The position numbers and the translations under genes are program-made. Shown in pieces: positions 62,146 to 64,000 of a stretch of 64,000 nt of DNA (positions are counted from its first letter, which is position 1; every line of letters starts with the position of its first letter). The notes under the pieces are model-generated. The model was given only the letters and a program-made list of their open reading frames with translations, was not told where the DNA came from and did no database searches. The stretch covers positions 9,069 to 73,068 of the forward strand of contig JBEKBX010000005.1 in the NCBI GenBank assembly GCA_050015175.1, given 5' to 3'. The stretch comes from Acidimicrobiales bacterium. GTDB lineage: Bacteria > Actinomycetota > Acidimicrobiia > Acidimicrobiales > Bog-793.

Positions 62146-63489
62146 ATGTGGCCGCGCGCTCGCACGAGTGCGTTGAGGGCCGTTGTCGTCATCATCGCGG
62201 CGGGCGCGATCGCTGGTTGTCAGGCTGTTGCGTCCCAGAACCGGCACGGGCCGACCGGCACCTCCGCGGCTACGACCACGAGCATGCCGACGATCGCCAC
62301 GACCACCGAGGCGTCTCCACCGACGACGTCCCCCGCGTCCCCGCCGCGTCCCAGCCCGCGCCTCGACGACGGCTCGCTCGGCAATCGAGCGACCCGGCTG
62401 GCGTGCTCGCTTCTGGGACGCGCGCAGATCCAGGGTCAGTTCGGCGGTCCCGTCGGTCCGGCAACTCCCACCTACCCCTATTGCCAATGGCTCGTCGGCA
62501 GCGACGCGTTCCTGGCGCTCGCAGTGGAGCCACGGACATCGTTCCAGGACGCCACCCAGTACGTGGACACTCTCGAGAGCGTGACCGGGCTCGGGCAGCA
62601 GGCGATGATCGCCAACAACCGCTACCTCTACTTCACCGAGGCGGGTACAACCTACTGGCTGCTGTGGCAACAGGTCGGCGACTTCTCGCAGTTGCACACC
62701 GCCCAGCTCGTGGCCTTGGCACATGACGTGCTGGCGCGCGCCCCGCGCGAAGACGCCTTGACCACGAGGGCGCCGCTGCCCGGTCCGCCCGGACCACCGA
62801 TCTATTTCGCGGGCGACTCGACTGCTGCGGGACCGGAGTGGGCTTGGGACACCTACCACGTGACGTCGCCGGAGCTGAGGACCCTGGCCGAGTACCAGGT
62901 CGGCTCCGGCCTCGTGAGCCCTGAGTACTTCGACTGGCAACGCCATCTTCTCGCCGTCGTCGCCGCGCTCCGGCCCAAGCTCGTTATCTACATGGGCAGT
63001 GCCAACGACGGGCAGGACTTGTTCGTCGACGGGGGCTTTCAGCCTGTCGGGAGCCCGTTGTGGAGAAAGGCCTATGCCGACAGGGTCGCGGGGATCATGA
63101 CCGCGCTCGTACGTGAAGGCTCCAAAGTGTTATGGATCGGGGAGCCGGCAATGCGGGACCCCCAACTGTCGGCGTACATGAAGGTTATCGACCAGGTCTG
63201 TGCACAGCAAGCCGCCAGACACCACGGGGTCACATTCTTCAATCCCGGCACCGTTCTGAACGGTCCGAGAGCCGGCTATGAGAACGCGCTGATTATTCAC
63301 GGTCAACCGACTGTCGTGCGCCTCGACGGGGTGCACCTCAACATGGCGGGAAGCATCTATCTCGCGGACTACATCGCCGATTACGTGGCTCGGATCATCA
63401 CCATTCACACCGCTCATGCGGGAAACCATCCGAACGGAGCCTTTGTCGTTCCGCCGGGTGTTGCGCTGTTTCACTTCTCGTACATCTGA
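62146..63489 (+). CDS. Lipoprotein with C-terminal SGNH/GDSL-type hydrolase domain
   Basis: Lipobox AAGAIAGCQ, a Thr/Pro-rich linker, and an N-terminal domain of unknown family. SGNH blocks: IYFAGDSTAAGP (I), YMGSANDGQD (III), RLDGVHLN (V). Confidence 0.65.
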   Translation: MWPRARTSALRAVVVIIAAGAIAGCQAVASQNRHGPTGTSAATTTSMPTIATTTEASPPTTSPASPPRPSPRLDDGSLGNRATRLACSLLGRAQIQGQFGGPVGPATPTYPYCQWLVGSDAFLALAVEPRTSFQDATQYVDTLESVTGLGQQAMIANNRYLYFTEAGTTYWLLWQQVGDFSQLHTAQLVALAHDVLARAPREDALTTRAPLPGPPGPPIYFAGDSTAAGPEWAWDTYHVTSPELRTLAEYQVGSGLVSPEYFDWQRHLLAVVAALRPKLVIYMGSANDGQDLFVDGGFQPVGSPLWRKAYADRVAGIMTALVREGSKVLWIGEPAMRDPQLSAYMKVIDQVCAQQAARHHGVTFFNPGTVLNGPRAGYENALIIHGQPTVVRLDGVHLNMAGSIYLADYIADYVARIITIHTAHAGNHPNGAFVVPPGVALFHFSYI

Positions 63490-63721
63490 GACCCGTTGTT
63501 GGGCAATCTCCTGTAGCCGTACCGGAGCGGGGCGCGTCGAGATGAGTAGTGCTCCGCCAGCAGATGAGCGGTGACAGGGCTGGCTCGATAGAGGCTCATT
63601 TCCCGGCGCCGCGGGTGGCATTCCCGCGACGACGGGTCCCATGTCGAAACATGAGCTCGCATTGAAAGCATTCAAGGGAACCGGATGAGCCGGCTCGCCC
63701 CGGTAGTGGTAGGTTCCGGAG

Positions 63722-64000
63722 ATGCAAAAGCCCAGATCAGCAACAGCGACAGCGATCGCGGTCGTATCAGTTTTCGTGGCTCTGGTGGCGTTCGCGCCGC
63801 CGTCAGTCGCGACAGTGCAACGAAGCGTCAGCCACGCCAATACTGCGCGCTCGACGAGCGCGCCGTTCGACGCCCTCGCGCCGCATGTGGCTCTGGCTCC
63901 CGGCGTCGTCGTGGTCAATGCAGCCACGGTGGCCGCCAACCTCCTCAGCGTCTCGAGCGACGGCAGCACTTTCGTCTTCAAGAGCCCCGCGGGCGCGCTG
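63722..64000 (+). CDS. Secreted hypothetical protein, 5-prime part (runs off window end)
   Basis: Not in the track (no stop). ATG at 63722: MQKPRSATATAIAVVSVFVALVAFAPPSVATVQRS... looks like a signal peptide. High GC3 and an open frame to position 64000. Confidence 0.45.
   Translation, partial: MQKPRSATATAIAVVSVFVALVAFAPPSVATVQRSVSHANTARSTSAPFDALAPHVALAPGVVVVNAATVAANLLSVSSDGSTFVFKSPAGAL

Noticed and set aside
61951-62946. 332-codon N-terminal extension of the 730-aa track ORF
   Set aside because: It is Arg/Gly/Pro-rich and overlaps the divergent SGNH lipoprotein gene, which has clear motifs. The recognisable PIG-V-like protein begins near GTG 61950.
63130-63981. 283-aa ORF on the - strand
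   Set aside because: It overlaps the 3-prime end of the SGNH lipoprotein gene and the signal-peptide ORF starting at 63722 on the + strand. It has no motifs and poor composition.
1-64000. Search for tRNA, rRNA, CRISPR arrays, and intact transposons or prophage genes
   Set aside because: I found no cloverleaf-like or rRNA-like segments and no regularly spaced direct repeats. The only mobile-element signatures are the two decayed relics (TnpB, IS110). No integrase, toxin-antitoxin or recognisable defence genes were seen.

Overview
Visibly high-GC (no figure computed), gene-dense bacterial chromosome segment with actinobacterial hallmarks: many GTG starts, ATGA/GTGA/TGATG start-stop coupling, an LLM/F420-type oxidoreductase, and PIG-V-like and YfhO-like GT-C membrane proteins. 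I support about 50 protein-coding genes, 4 decayed genes or IS relics, two candidate 35-codon membrane ORFs below the ORF-track cutoff, a few repeats and hairpins. I found no tRNA, rRNA or CRISPR array. Layout: (i) 0.4-10.7 kb is a self-contained CuA-type heme-copper oxidase island (subunits II, I, III-like, an extra CuA-like cupredoxin, two CtaG-family proteins, two Sco proteins). (ii) 10.9-20 kb is a stress/redox block (2 USPs, DUF302, SDR, NAD-dehydrogenase, Memo + radical SAM of the AmmeMemoRadiSam system without AMMECR1, an Mth938-like protein, RidA, a Grx-TrxR fusion). (iii) 20-29.7 kb holds a membrane protein, PAS-GGDEF-EAL, a GT39-like protein, a multiply frameshifted nucleoside phosphorylase pseudogene, LLM oxidoreductase and an ABC-2-like protein. 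(iv) 29.8-46.8 kb is bracketed by a TnpB relic and an IS110 relic and holds two xanthine-dehydrogenase-family enzymes plus an amino-acid/polyamine catabolic cluster (SBP, ALDH, APC permease, gdhA, saccharopine-DH-like). (v) 47-64 kb holds S51 peptidase, a DHA2 MFS, HtrA, three GT-C-type membrane proteins, an NCS1 permease, an OSBS/NAAAR enolase and an SGNH lipoprotein. The most unusual observations are three cofactor-site anomalies. First, an intact 979-aa Mo-hydroxylase whose fused [2Fe-2S] module has lost all eight cluster cysteines. Second, an oxidase subunit I that keeps all metal ligands but lacks the canonical D- and K-channel residues. Third, two ligand-depleted paralogs in the same operon, a CuA-like cupredoxin and a His-less CtaG. 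All functional calls rest on by-eye motif recognition; no database search was possible.
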